Shown here one piece after another: positions 45,143-52,995 of a stretch of DNA of 60,296 nucleotides (position 1 is its first letter; every line of letters begins with the position of its first letter). This DNA is from an uncultured Gammaproteobacteria bacterium. GTDB taxonomy: Bacteria > Patescibacteriota > Patescibacteriia > Magasanikbacterales > GWA2-37-8. The notes under the pieces were generated by a model that worked only from the letters and a program-made list of their open reading frames with translations, was not told where the DNA came from and searched no databases. The position numbers and the translations under genes are program-made. The stretch lies in contig CAZUWJ010000002.1 in NCBI GenBank assembly GCA_964624315.1, positions 1 through 60,296 of the forward strand. Reading direction: 5' to 3'.

Positions 45143-45640
45143 TTATAAATAAAATCTTCCTAAATAAATTAAAGCTCCACTATACAAAATATCTAAACGT
45201 ATTCTTTTTAATAAATTTAAAATATATAAGATTAAAACAAGGGGATATAAAATCAAAACTAACGGATTTCTAAAAACTTTATGATTAGCAAAATGTAACA
45301 AGCTCTTGGCATCACCCGTAGAAGGAATAGCGTGTAGAGAAATAACTAGACCTAAATAAAAATATAAAATACTCATAACAGAAAAATACGGCTCGCGTAC
45401 TAAAGAAAATAAAAAGAGAGCTAAAAACGTGTTTATTAAAAGCGGACCAAAAGAAATAAAAAATGCTTGAATAAAATTCTTTGCTTCATCGTGTGAAACA
45501 TAACCCGCTGTTTCTCCAAATTGAAATAATTTTATTTTATGAACTTTTACACCAGAAAAAAAACAAAAAAACGCGTGCGATAATTCATGCACTGCTACTC
45601 CGGGAGAACCTAAAATTCTAAGAAAATAATAAACAAACAT
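45143..45640 (-). CDS. putative membrane metalloprotease (HExxH)
   Basis: 165 aa with the VHELSHAFF motif followed by about 4 TM helices. Confidence 0.4.
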   Translation of the reverse strand: MFVYYFLRILGSPGVAVHELSHAFFCFFSGVKVHKIKLFQFGETAGYVSHDEAKNFIQAFFISFGPLLINTFLALFLFSLVREPYFSVMSILYFYLGLVISLHAIPSTGDAKSLLHFANHKVFRNPLVLILYPLVLILYILNLLKRIRLDILYSGALIYLGRFYL

Positions 45641-45693
45641 AAAACTAATTTAAATAACTAAAATTATCTTTTACCACCCAACAAAATAGTAGA

Positions 45694-45799
45694 TGTCATT
45701 CCCGCGAAAGCGGGAATCCAGGAGTAAATACAGTTTGACCTCTGGATCCCCTCCGCCAGTTGGCGAATTGAGGGGGTGACAACATTGCACTCAGGATGA
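45694..45799. repeat. composite of variant repeat units
   Basis: TGTCATTCCCGCGAAAGCGGGAATCCAGG (+). An inverted unit reads on the minus strand as TGTCACCCCCTCAATTCGCCAACTGGCGGAGGGGATCC. A TCAGGATGA terminus overlaps the stop of the next gene. Confidence 0.75.
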
Positions 45800-47077
45800 T
45801 AATTTATCATCTAAAAACTGTAAACTCATAAAAATCCACACCCAAGTCAAAATTGCTAAATCATTTTTAAAATACGGCACATCTACCAAACCATGAACCA
45901 CAAAAGCCAAAATCATACTCATAAAAATCCCAGCCGTTATTTTATCTTCTTTTATTTTACCAAACAAAAGGTAAATAAGATAGGCCAAGATACCCAGAAA
46001 ACTAAATTCTCCCAGCAATCCTATCTCTGTCCAAAAATTTAAAAATATACTATGCGGAAAAGTAAGTCTTTCTAATTGTTTAGTGTCATAGTATGGTTTT
46101 TGTATTTTACGAAACCACTGGCGGATACCAGTTCCTAAAACAAAATTTTGAGGACTTTCTAATAAATAATCTACAGTATATCCCCAAATAACAAGCCTAT
46201 TCTCCCCTGCTTTATCAGCAAATCTAACGGCTTGATTTATGGGAGTAATAAAAATAGTAAGTAAAATTGAAAATATAATTCCAATCAAAACTATTTTTTT
46301 GTAACCCCAAAAATATAACAAAGCTAAAATACCCACTCCCAAAGCTATCCACGCTCCTTGTGAAAAAGACAAAAGCAAAGCCAAACAATTTAAAATAATA
46401 ATAACTAAATAAAAATAATTTATTTGTTTTTTTTGTTTGAACTCTTTATACAAAAACCCTATCAACAAAATAGTTGTTGGAACAATATACAAACCAATAG
46501 CATTCGGACTAGTAAAAAAAGATGTTGCTCTCCCAGCTAAACCAGAAAGCAAAAACTTTGAGGGATAAAAATATTTAGAAAAAATTTGCAAAACTGCTAC
46601 TGACGATACTAAACCAGAAGACCATGCCAAACATTTTATTAAAAAATTTTCAGACAAAGGCTGATCCGCCTCTGGCGAAAAATTATTTAATTCTTTTCTT
46701 CTACCTATTAAAATAATAAAAAATAACATCGGCTCAAAAAAGAACGCACGCCAATGACCAAACGATTTATACCATTCATCACTGACAAAAATTCCCATAA
46801 CTGATGAAATAAAAAATACTACACAGAGCCAAACAAATATTTTATTCCCTTTATAAAAAAGTACCAGCTCTTTCCAATCTTTTTTTAAATATTTTAAAAC
46901 CCAAATTAAAAATACTGCCCCTAAAGACAGTTCTAATATAGTTGATGTTAATAACCAGTATTCAACCCTCAACAAATAAGTCGGTAATAATATTATTATC
47001 AAACCCAAAGATAGTTTAAAATTCTTATAAGCTAGATAAAAAAATAATAAAAAATAAATTAAAAAAGCATAAATCAT
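45791..47077 (-). CDS. O-antigen ligase (Wzy_C) family membrane protein
   Basis: 428 aa, polytopic, with SFSQGAWIALGVGILAL resembling the Wzy_C core. Confidence 0.6.
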   Translation of the reverse strand: MIYAFLIYFLLFFYLAYKNFKLSLGLIIILLPTYLLRVEYWLLTSTILELSLGAVFLIWVLKYLKKDWKELVLFYKGNKIFVWLCVVFFISSVMGIFVSDEWYKSFGHWRAFFFEPMLFFIILIGRRKELNNFSPEADQPLSENFLIKCLAWSSGLVSSVAVLQIFSKYFYPSKFLLSGLAGRATSFFTSPNAIGLYIVPTTILLIGFLYKEFKQKKQINYFYLVIIILNCLALLLSFSQGAWIALGVGILALLYFWGYKKIVLIGIIFSILLTIFITPINQAVRFADKAGENRLVIWGYTVDYLLESPQNFVLGTGIRQWFRKIQKPYYDTKQLERLTFPHSIFLNFWTEIGLLGEFSFLGILAYLIYLLFGKIKEDKITAGIFMSMILAFVVHGLVDVPYFKNDLAILTWVWIFMSLQFLDDKLSS

Positions 47078-47078
47078 A

Positions 47079-47627
47079 TTACCACTTAAATTGTCCGTGT
47101 TTTAGCATATAGTCAAATCTGATTATGTTGTAAGAAATAAATTCATTTTCTATTTCCCCGTTTTTAGCCATTTCTACAGCTTTTTTTAAAGAAACTGGTT
47201 TTACTTTAATAGGATAATATTCATCACCTAATAAAGGTGCAGACACCAAATCCTTGGCCACAAAAATATGGATATCCCAAAGCAAAGTATTGCTAGGAGA
47301 TTTTTTATAAAGCTTACGCATTGTTTTGGCTTTTACCCCAGCTTCTTCTCGCAGCTCCCTTTGAGCTGCTTGCTTCGGAGCTTCGCCTGGATCAACTCTG
47401 CCGGCTGGCAAAAACCAAACATTTTTTTTAAATCCATGACGATACTCATTTATAAGCAAAAGTCTCCCCTTTTCATCAAAAGGTAAAATTGTTACAGAAT
47501 TAGGACGCACACAATATTCAAAAACTTTTTTGGTTTCATCAGGTTCTATTATATCCCTTTGCATTATCTTAAAAATCACTCCAGAATATACTTGTCTTAA
47601 TTTCCCAAATTTTATTTTCTTTGCCAT
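47079..47627 (-). CDS. NUDIX hydrolase
   Basis: Nudix box GRVDPGEAPKQAAQRELREEAGV. I prefer the start at ATG 47627 (MAKKIKFG), since that start sequence is duplicated at 47745. The track start is 47651. Confidence 0.8.
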   Translation of the reverse strand: MAKKIKFGKLRQVYSGVIFKIMQRDIIEPDETKKVFEYCVRPNSVTILPFDEKGRLLLINEYRHGFKKNVWFLPAGRVDPGEAPKQAAQRELREEAGVKAKTMRKLYKKSPSNTLLWDIHIFVAKDLVSAPLLGDEYYPIKVKPVSLKKAVEMAKNGEIENEFISYNIIRFDYMLKHGQFKW

Positions 47628-47628
47628 A

Positions 47629-47724
47629 GTAAAATAATTTATAATTTTCAATTTTTAAACTGTCATCCTGATCCGCCAGGTGGTGAAGAAAAATCTAGAT
47701 TCTTCGATTCCTCAGAATGACAAT
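47629..47724. mobile_element. 96-bp insertion carrying a paired TGTCATCCTGA element, bracketed by a 22-bp direct duplication
   Basis: AAATTTTATTTTCTTTGCCATA occurs at 47607-47628 and again at 47725-47746. Units at 47661-47696 (+) and 47697-47721 (inverted). Confidence 0.6.
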
Positions 47725-47751
47725 AAATTTTATTTTCTTTGCCATAAAAAA

Positions 47752-49164
47752 TTAATACCTATAATGATCTGGTTTGTAAGGTCCCTTAACTTTTACTCCA
47801 ATATAATCAGCTTGCTCTTTACTTAATTTGGTAAGTTTAACTCCAATTTTTTCCAAATGTAAACGAGCCACTTCTTCATCCAAATATTTTGGTAAACGAT
47901 AAACACCGAGTTCATAATTTTTTTGCCACAAATCTATCTGAGCCAAAGCTTGGTTAGTAAAAGAATTACTCATTACAAAACTTGGATGACCAGTCGCGCA
48001 ACCCAAATTCATCAATCTACCTTGAGCTAAAATAAAGATTTCTTTTTTATTTGGAAATATATATTTATCTACCTGAGGTTTAATATTTATTCTTTTTACA
48101 CTTTTATCTTTGTTTAATTTTTCTACTTGTATCTCATTATCAAAATGACCAATATTAGCCACAACTGCTTGATCTTTCATTTTTTTCATATCTTCAAAAC
48201 AAATAATATCTTTATTGCCAGTGGTTGTAATATAAATATCAGCTTCACCCAAAGTATCTTCTAAAATTTTGACTTCATAACCTTCCATTGCTGCCTGCAA
48301 AGCACAGATAGGATCCACTTCTGTCACCATTACCCTAGCACCCTGTCCTTTTAAAGCCTGTGCGCAACCTTTGCCCACATCACCATAACCACACACAACC
48401 GCCACTTTACCGCCAATCATTACATCCATGGCCCTGTTTAAACCATCTACCACACTATGACGACAACCAAACACATTATCAAACTTTGATTTAGTCACAC
48501 TGTCGTTAACATTCACTGCTGGAAACAAAAGCTCACCCCTTTCGTGCAATTGATACAAACGATGAACGCCCGTAGTAGTTTCTTCAGAAACTCCTTTTAT
48601 ACTTTCAGATACCTTTGTCCAACGTTTTTTATTTTGTTTATATATTTTCTCCAAAATTTTCATCAACTCTTGTTCATCTTCTTGAAACTTTGAATAATCT
48701 TTTTTCAAAATTTTAGGATCTTTTTCTATTTCAACTCCTTTGTGAACCAACAGAGTAGCATCGCCACCATCATCAACAATTAATTGAGGTCCAAGTCCCT
48801 CTCCAAAATCCAAAGCCCTCTCAGTACACCACCAATATTCTTCTGAAGTTTCACCCTTCCAAGCAAACACCGGCACTTCTAAATATTTTGCCACATAAGC
48901 AGCCGCTTGATCTTGGGTAGAATAAATATTGCAAGATGCCCATCTGACTTCGGCCCCTAATTCTTTTAAGGTTTCTATGAGAACTGCAGTTTGAATTGTC
49001 ATATGAAGTGATCCCATAATACGAGCACCCTTTAAAACTTTGCTCTTACCATATTTTTCTATAACCGACATTAAACCAGGCATTTCTTTTTTAGCAATGT
49101 CTACTTCTTTTTTTCCTAATTCAGCAAGTTTAATATCGGCGATTTTATATTCTAACTTTTTCAT
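47752..49164 (-). CDS. ahcY: adenosylhomocysteinase
   Basis: 470 aa with the NAD-binding [10 protein letters not shown] motif and a C-terminal DHYRY. Confidence 0.95.
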   Translation of the reverse strand: MKKLEYKIADIKLAELGKKEVDIAKKEMPGLMSVIEKYGKSKVLKGARIMGSLHMTIQTAVLIETLKELGAEVRWASCNIYSTQDQAAAYVAKYLEVPVFAWKGETSEEYWWCTERALDFGEGLGPQLIVDDGGDATLLVHKGVEIEKDPKILKKDYSKFQEDEQELMKILEKIYKQNKKRWTKVSESIKGVSEETTTGVHRLYQLHERGELLFPAVNVNDSVTKSKFDNVFGCRHSVVDGLNRAMDVMIGGKVAVVCGYGDVGKGCAQALKGQGARVMVTEVDPICALQAAMEGYEVKILEDTLGEADIYITTTGNKDIICFEDMKKMKDQAVVANIGHFDNEIQVEKLNKDKSVKRINIKPQVDKYIFPNKKEIFILAQGRLMNLGCATGHPSFVMSNSFTNQALAQIDLWQKNYELGVYRLPKYLDEEVARLHLEKIGVKLTKLSKEQADYIGVKVKGPYKPDHYRY

Positions 49165-49184
49165 AACTTAAAATTTTAATAAAA

Positions 49185-50147
49185 TTATCCTCTAAATCCA
49201 ATAAATACTAAATACGCCACATACAAAAGTATCATCACAACCCCTTGCCAACGACGCAAAACATAATGATTACGTTTATGACCTATAAACATAAACAAAA
49301 ATAACAAAGAAGCAGCCCCCATAGCAATTACCAAATCTACATTAGCATTAATGTTAACTTTAATTGGACTAATAAGAGGGGTCAAACCCAAAACCCATAA
49401 AACATTAAAGATATTTGATCCCACTATATTACCAATCGCCAAATCTTCATGATGACGATAAGCAGCAATACCTGAGGCAGCCAACTCTGGCAAAGAAGTG
49501 CCAATAGCCACAACAGTCAAACCAATAAATAACTCAGACATCCCAAACAGACGAGCCAAAATAACACCATTATCAACTATCAATTTACCACCAAAAACCA
49601 AACCAATTAAACCAAGTAAAATAAACAAAATTGATCTAGTCCAAGTATATGTACTTATCTTTTCATCTTCACCAACTACTTTTGACAAACCGTAAGTATA
49701 GTAAATAAATATAGCAAAAAAACATAGCAAAATAATACCATCGCCTCTGGTTAATATATTATACCCGCTATTACCAAACAGAACATCATTAAATAGAACG
49801 TACAAAACACCAACCGCCATAATACCAAAAGGAATCTCTTTCCAAACTGTTCCTTTTTTTACAGCTAGCGGATAAATTATAGCCGAGATACCAAGCACCA
49901 ACAAAATATTAGAAATATTTGAACCCAGAATATTACCAATCGCTAAATCAGGCATCCCTTGCATTGCGGATATAATATTAACTACCAGTTCAGCAGCTGA
50001 GGTACCAAAAGCTACAACAGTCAAACCAATTACAATTGGAGTAACTTTTAATTTTCTGGCCAAAGAAGCAGAGCCTTTTATAAAAACTTCTCCACCAGCT
50101 AAAAGCACGACCAAACCGATGATTAAAAAAATAATTGGTAATAACAT
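49185..50147 (-). CDS. CaCA-family (YrbG-like) cation/Ca2+ antiporter
   Basis: Two alpha repeats: GNILGSNISNILLVLG and GNIVGSNIFNVLWVLG. Start trimmed to ATG 50147, because the track start 50189 lies in the repeat terminus ATGACAGCC. Confidence 0.85.
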   Translation of the reverse strand: MLLPIIFLIIGLVVLLAGGEVFIKGSASLARKLKVTPIVIGLTVVAFGTSAAELVVNIISAMQGMPDLAIGNILGSNISNILLVLGISAIIYPLAVKKGTVWKEIPFGIMAVGVLYVLFNDVLFGNSGYNILTRGDGIILLCFFAIFIYYTYGLSKVVGEDEKISTYTWTRSILFILLGLIGLVFGGKLIVDNGVILARLFGMSELFIGLTVVAIGTSLPELAASGIAAYRHHEDLAIGNIVGSNIFNVLWVLGLTPLISPIKVNINANVDLVIAMGAASLLFLFMFIGHKRNHYVLRRWQGVVMILLYVAYLVFIGFRG

Positions 50148-50180
50148 AATAATTTTAAATATTTTAATAACTAATTCACA

Positions 50181-50357
50181 GGCTGTCATCTCGACCGAAA
50201 TGAGCGAATGCGAATGTAGTGGAGAGATCTCTTCAATATAAAGTTATTACCATACTTTAGTAATTACTAATTATACGTTTAAAAGATTCCTCTCTTCGAA
50301 CCTGCGGTCTCGCAGAACCGAAGGCCATTCCGCTTCGCTCCTCTCAGGATGACAGCC
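50181..50357. mobile_element. 177-bp MITE-like composite with 9-bp terminal inverted repeats
   Basis: GGCTGTCAT (50181-50189) and ATGACAGCC (50349-50357) bracket two GC-rich variable hairpin modules and an AT-rich centre. Confidence 0.6.
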
Positions 50358-50364
50358 ATAAAAT

Positions 50365-51300
50365 TTATAACTCCTCGTTAAAAGTTTTTTTATATCTTTC
50401 TTCAAAATCTGTTTTAGTAAAACTATGAGCTTGAGTGCCATAATTTTCTATTGCATAGCTAGACGCTACTGCCCCCATCTGAGCACATTTTTTAAATTCA
50501 TAACCCAACACATGACCGCTAAAAAATCCCGCTCGATAAGCATCGCCCGCACCAGTTGGATCATCAACTGATTGTGGAGAACAAACACCAACTTCAACTG
50601 TTTCTTCTTCAGTTCTAACCACTGACCCTCTGCCACCCAAAGTTATGACCAAGGCTTTTACATATTTTAAAATTTCTTCTAAACTCCAGCCAGTTTTTTC
50701 ACTAATAAGTTTTATTTCATAATCATTACCAATCAAAAAATCAGCCTGACCAATCATCTTTTTTAATTCTATTTCTGAAAAAGTAGTTATTTGTTGACCT
50801 GGATCAAAAACAGTTTCTAAGCCTAATTCGTGTGCTTCTTTCAAATGTTTTATCATTACTTCTTTTTGTGTAGGAGAAACAATTACTAAATTAACTTTTT
50901 CTTCTATGTCTTTTATATTTTGTTCCAAACTTCTCTCTAACGGCCCGCTATAAAAAGCAGTTAATTGATTATCAGCTTTGTCGGTTGTGATATAGGCTGA
51001 CGAAGTAAACTGGTCTTTGTCTTTTATAATATATCTTGTAGATAAATTATTTTTTTCAAAATGAGACATATACTCTCGGGCGTCTTTACCTAAAGCAGAC
51101 AACATTAACGGTTCTTGTCCTAATAATTTCATAGTATAGGCAATATTACCGGCTGTTCCACCCCAACCTTTATTAAGCTTATCAATCATAAAACAAACAT
51201 TCAAAATATGAAGATTGTCTGGCATGATGTGATTTTTAAATTCATCAGGAAAATCCATGACAAAGTCGTAGGCTAAAGAGCCTGAGATAGCAATGTTCAT
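50365..51300 (-). CDS. pfkB-family kinase, adenosine-kinase-like
   Basis: 311 aa. The N-terminus IAISGSLAYDFVMDFPDEF..GGTAGNIAY resembles mycobacterial AdoK as I recall it. C-terminal DPTGAGDAYRAGF. Confidence 0.65.
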   Translation of the reverse strand: MNIAISGSLAYDFVMDFPDEFKNHIMPDNLHILNVCFMIDKLNKGWGGTAGNIAYTMKLLGQEPLMLSALGKDAREYMSHFEKNNLSTRYIIKDKDQFTSSAYITTDKADNQLTAFYSGPLERSLEQNIKDIEEKVNLVIVSPTQKEVMIKHLKEAHELGLETVFDPGQQITTFSEIELKKMIGQADFLIGNDYEIKLISEKTGWSLEEILKYVKALVITLGGRGSVVRTEEETVEVGVCSPQSVDDPTGAGDAYRAGFFSGHVLGYEFKKCAQMGAVASSYAIENYGTQAHSFTKTDFEERYKKTFNEEL

Positions 51301-51335
51301 AAAATTTTTTAATATTAAAAAAGGCCGTTCTGGCC

Positions 51336-51368
51336 TATCATCTCCGACCCCGATCGGAGATCCAGATT
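51336..51368 (+). repeat. single variant repeat unit
   Basis: TATCATCTCCGACCCCGATCGGAGATCCAGATT has the same architecture as the family: terminus, hairpin, GATCC. Confidence 0.6.
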
Positions 51369-51502
51369 AAAATTACTTATAAATATTTCCTAAATATTTA
51401 CGTCTCATTTAATACCTCTAATCGTATCATAAATAAAACAAAAAGCCAAGATAAATTATAAAAAATATCCCTCACCCTCATTTTCTTAAAAAATAAAGAT
51501 CA

Positions 51503-51524
51503 AAACACAAAACCAGCCCTTTTA
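51503..51524. repeat. 22-nt direct repeat, copy 1 (flanks the AbiE-like cassette)
   Basis: AAACACAAAACCAGCCCTTTTA matches 52875-52896 at 21/22 positions. Confidence 0.85.
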
Positions 51525-52139
51525 GGCTAGTTTTGTACTGTTACTTGCATCTAAAATAATTTTTTCTACCCTCTCCCCTTTCTTTTTATTTACTTTTTTT
51601 AATTTATTCAAATATTTTTTTAATATTTTTTTATCTAAATTATCTAAATTCATCTCTTCCCAATCAACATCAGCATATCCATTCAAAGATAAATAAACTA
51701 AGTCAATTACTGCCTTTTCAGGTTTAGCTATCAAAACGTTATCTTTTATTTCATATCCCCACCACAAAGACTCACTAATATGTTGATAAATAATCATTCT
51801 TCCATCTATATCAATTTTTCTAGCCCGATTTAAACTAACTAAAGTTAAGTTAGAAGGTTGTTGGCTTAAAACACCACTAATTGCCAAAACATATTCTAAA
51901 GATAAATAACTAGGCGAATAAATTTCACAAGATAACTGTTCATAATCAACCTTATTTATATTCATTGAATATAAACCATTTCCAATCTTCTGTAATTCTT
52001 CGTTTTTAACCATTCTTGACAACTTTACTCGCAAACTATTTTCTTTTAAATCACTCAATTTTAAAATATCAGAATAATATAGATATCCTTTATTAATTTT
52101 TTCTATTTTTTTTATTAATTTTTTCATATAACTGTTCAA
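51522..52139 (-). CDS. AbiEi-like wHTH antitoxin
   Basis: 205 aa with the N-terminal pattern YLYYSDILKL...LSRMVKNEELQKIGNGLYS, typical of AbiEi_4. Confidence 0.6.
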   Translation of the reverse strand: MNSYMKKLIKKIEKINKGYLYYSDILKLSDLKENSLRVKLSRMVKNEELQKIGNGLYSMNINKVDYEQLSCEIYSPSYLSLEYVLAISGVLSQQPSNLTLVSLNRARKIDIDGRMIIYQHISESLWWGYEIKDNVLIAKPEKAVIDLVYLSLNGYADVDWEEMNLDNLDKKILKKYLNKLKKVNKKKGERVEKIILDASNSTKLA

Positions 52140-52794
52140 TTATTTTCCAATGATTTTTAGGTAGAAATTTTTGCATATCATTTACAAACAACCGTCTTGG
52201 ATAATCTGGTGTTTCAATAGGAATCTCAAACTGTTGACGTAAAGCACTATCAATAAACCACAAATCAAAAATGTCTCTTGATTTTTTTCTATTTTTTATG
52301 GCCTCTAATTTCAATTCTTTTAGATCCTTCAGCGAAGGAACTAGAAACAAAGGTTTAAAAACAGAAACTGGACTTTGAATTAATAATAATTCTGGTTTAA
52401 AATTAGGTTTGCGAGCTGGTTTATGAATTTCAATTTTTATAGAAAACGGATGTTTTAATTTACTATCTTTAATATTTATCAGAGCAAATATTGTTTGTCT
52501 TTTATCTTTAATATCAGCTAATTTCCAATTATCTTTTTGTGATATTAAATTTTGAACAAAAATTTTAAAATTATCAAATTTTATTTTACCCATCGCTAAA
52601 AAATCAAGGTCTTCAAAAAAACGAGGAGAGTTATAAGCTAAACGCATAGCTGTTCCACCATAAAAAACCAACTTTAAACTTAGCTTATCCCGTGATAATT
52701 CTTGCAAAATATCCATCTCTGCTTCCTCGCGTAAAATATGATCGCGGGCAATCTTTAATTCTTTTATAAATTGATTTAATTGTTCTTCGGTCAT
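52093..52794 (-). CDS. AbiEii/AbiGii-family nucleotidyltransferase toxin
   Basis: FYGGTAMRLAYNSPRFFEDLDF and RKKSRDIFDLWF match the DUF1814 signatures. Confidence 0.7.
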   Translation of the reverse strand: MTEEQLNQFIKELKIARDHILREEAEMDILQELSRDKLSLKLVFYGGTAMRLAYNSPRFFEDLDFLAMGKIKFDNFKIFVQNLISQKDNWKLADIKDKRQTIFALINIKDSKLKHPFSIKIEIHKPARKPNFKPELLLIQSPVSVFKPLFLVPSLKDLKELKLEAIKNRKKSRDIFDLWFIDSALRQQFEIPIETPDYPRRLFVNDMQKFLPKNHWKIIEQLYEKINKKNRKN

Positions 52795-52840
52795 AGATTA
52801 TATTTAATGATACATAATTATTAACATTTTTGATAATATT

Positions 52841-52869
52841 ATTGTATCATATATTTCAAGTCTTGTCAA
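52841..52869 (-). promoter_or_regulatory. promoter of the AbiE-like cassette
   Basis: Minus strand: TTGACA (52864-52869), 17-nt spacer, TACAAT (52841-52846). Confidence 0.5.
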
Positions 52870-52874
52870 GAGAC

Positions 52875-52896
52875 AAACACAAAACCAGCCTTTTTA
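52875..52896. repeat. 22-nt direct repeat, copy 2
   Basis: AAACACAAAACCAGCCTTTTTA, immediately upstream of the cassette's -35 box. Confidence 0.85.
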
Positions 52897-52995
52897 AACC
52901 CCAAAGGGATTCCTTTGGAACATTTTACCGTGACGCAATTTCACAACCTTGTCCAAATTTGGTATAATTAAATTTATAAAATAAATATTTAAATT

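Noticed and set aside
52795-52995. FMN (RFN) riboswitch upstream of the DMT-riboflavin kinase fusion
   Set aside because: The region is AT-rich and lacks the GC-rich conserved RFN helices. Only a promoter-like TTCACA, 17-nt spacer, TATAAT and a small hairpin are visible.
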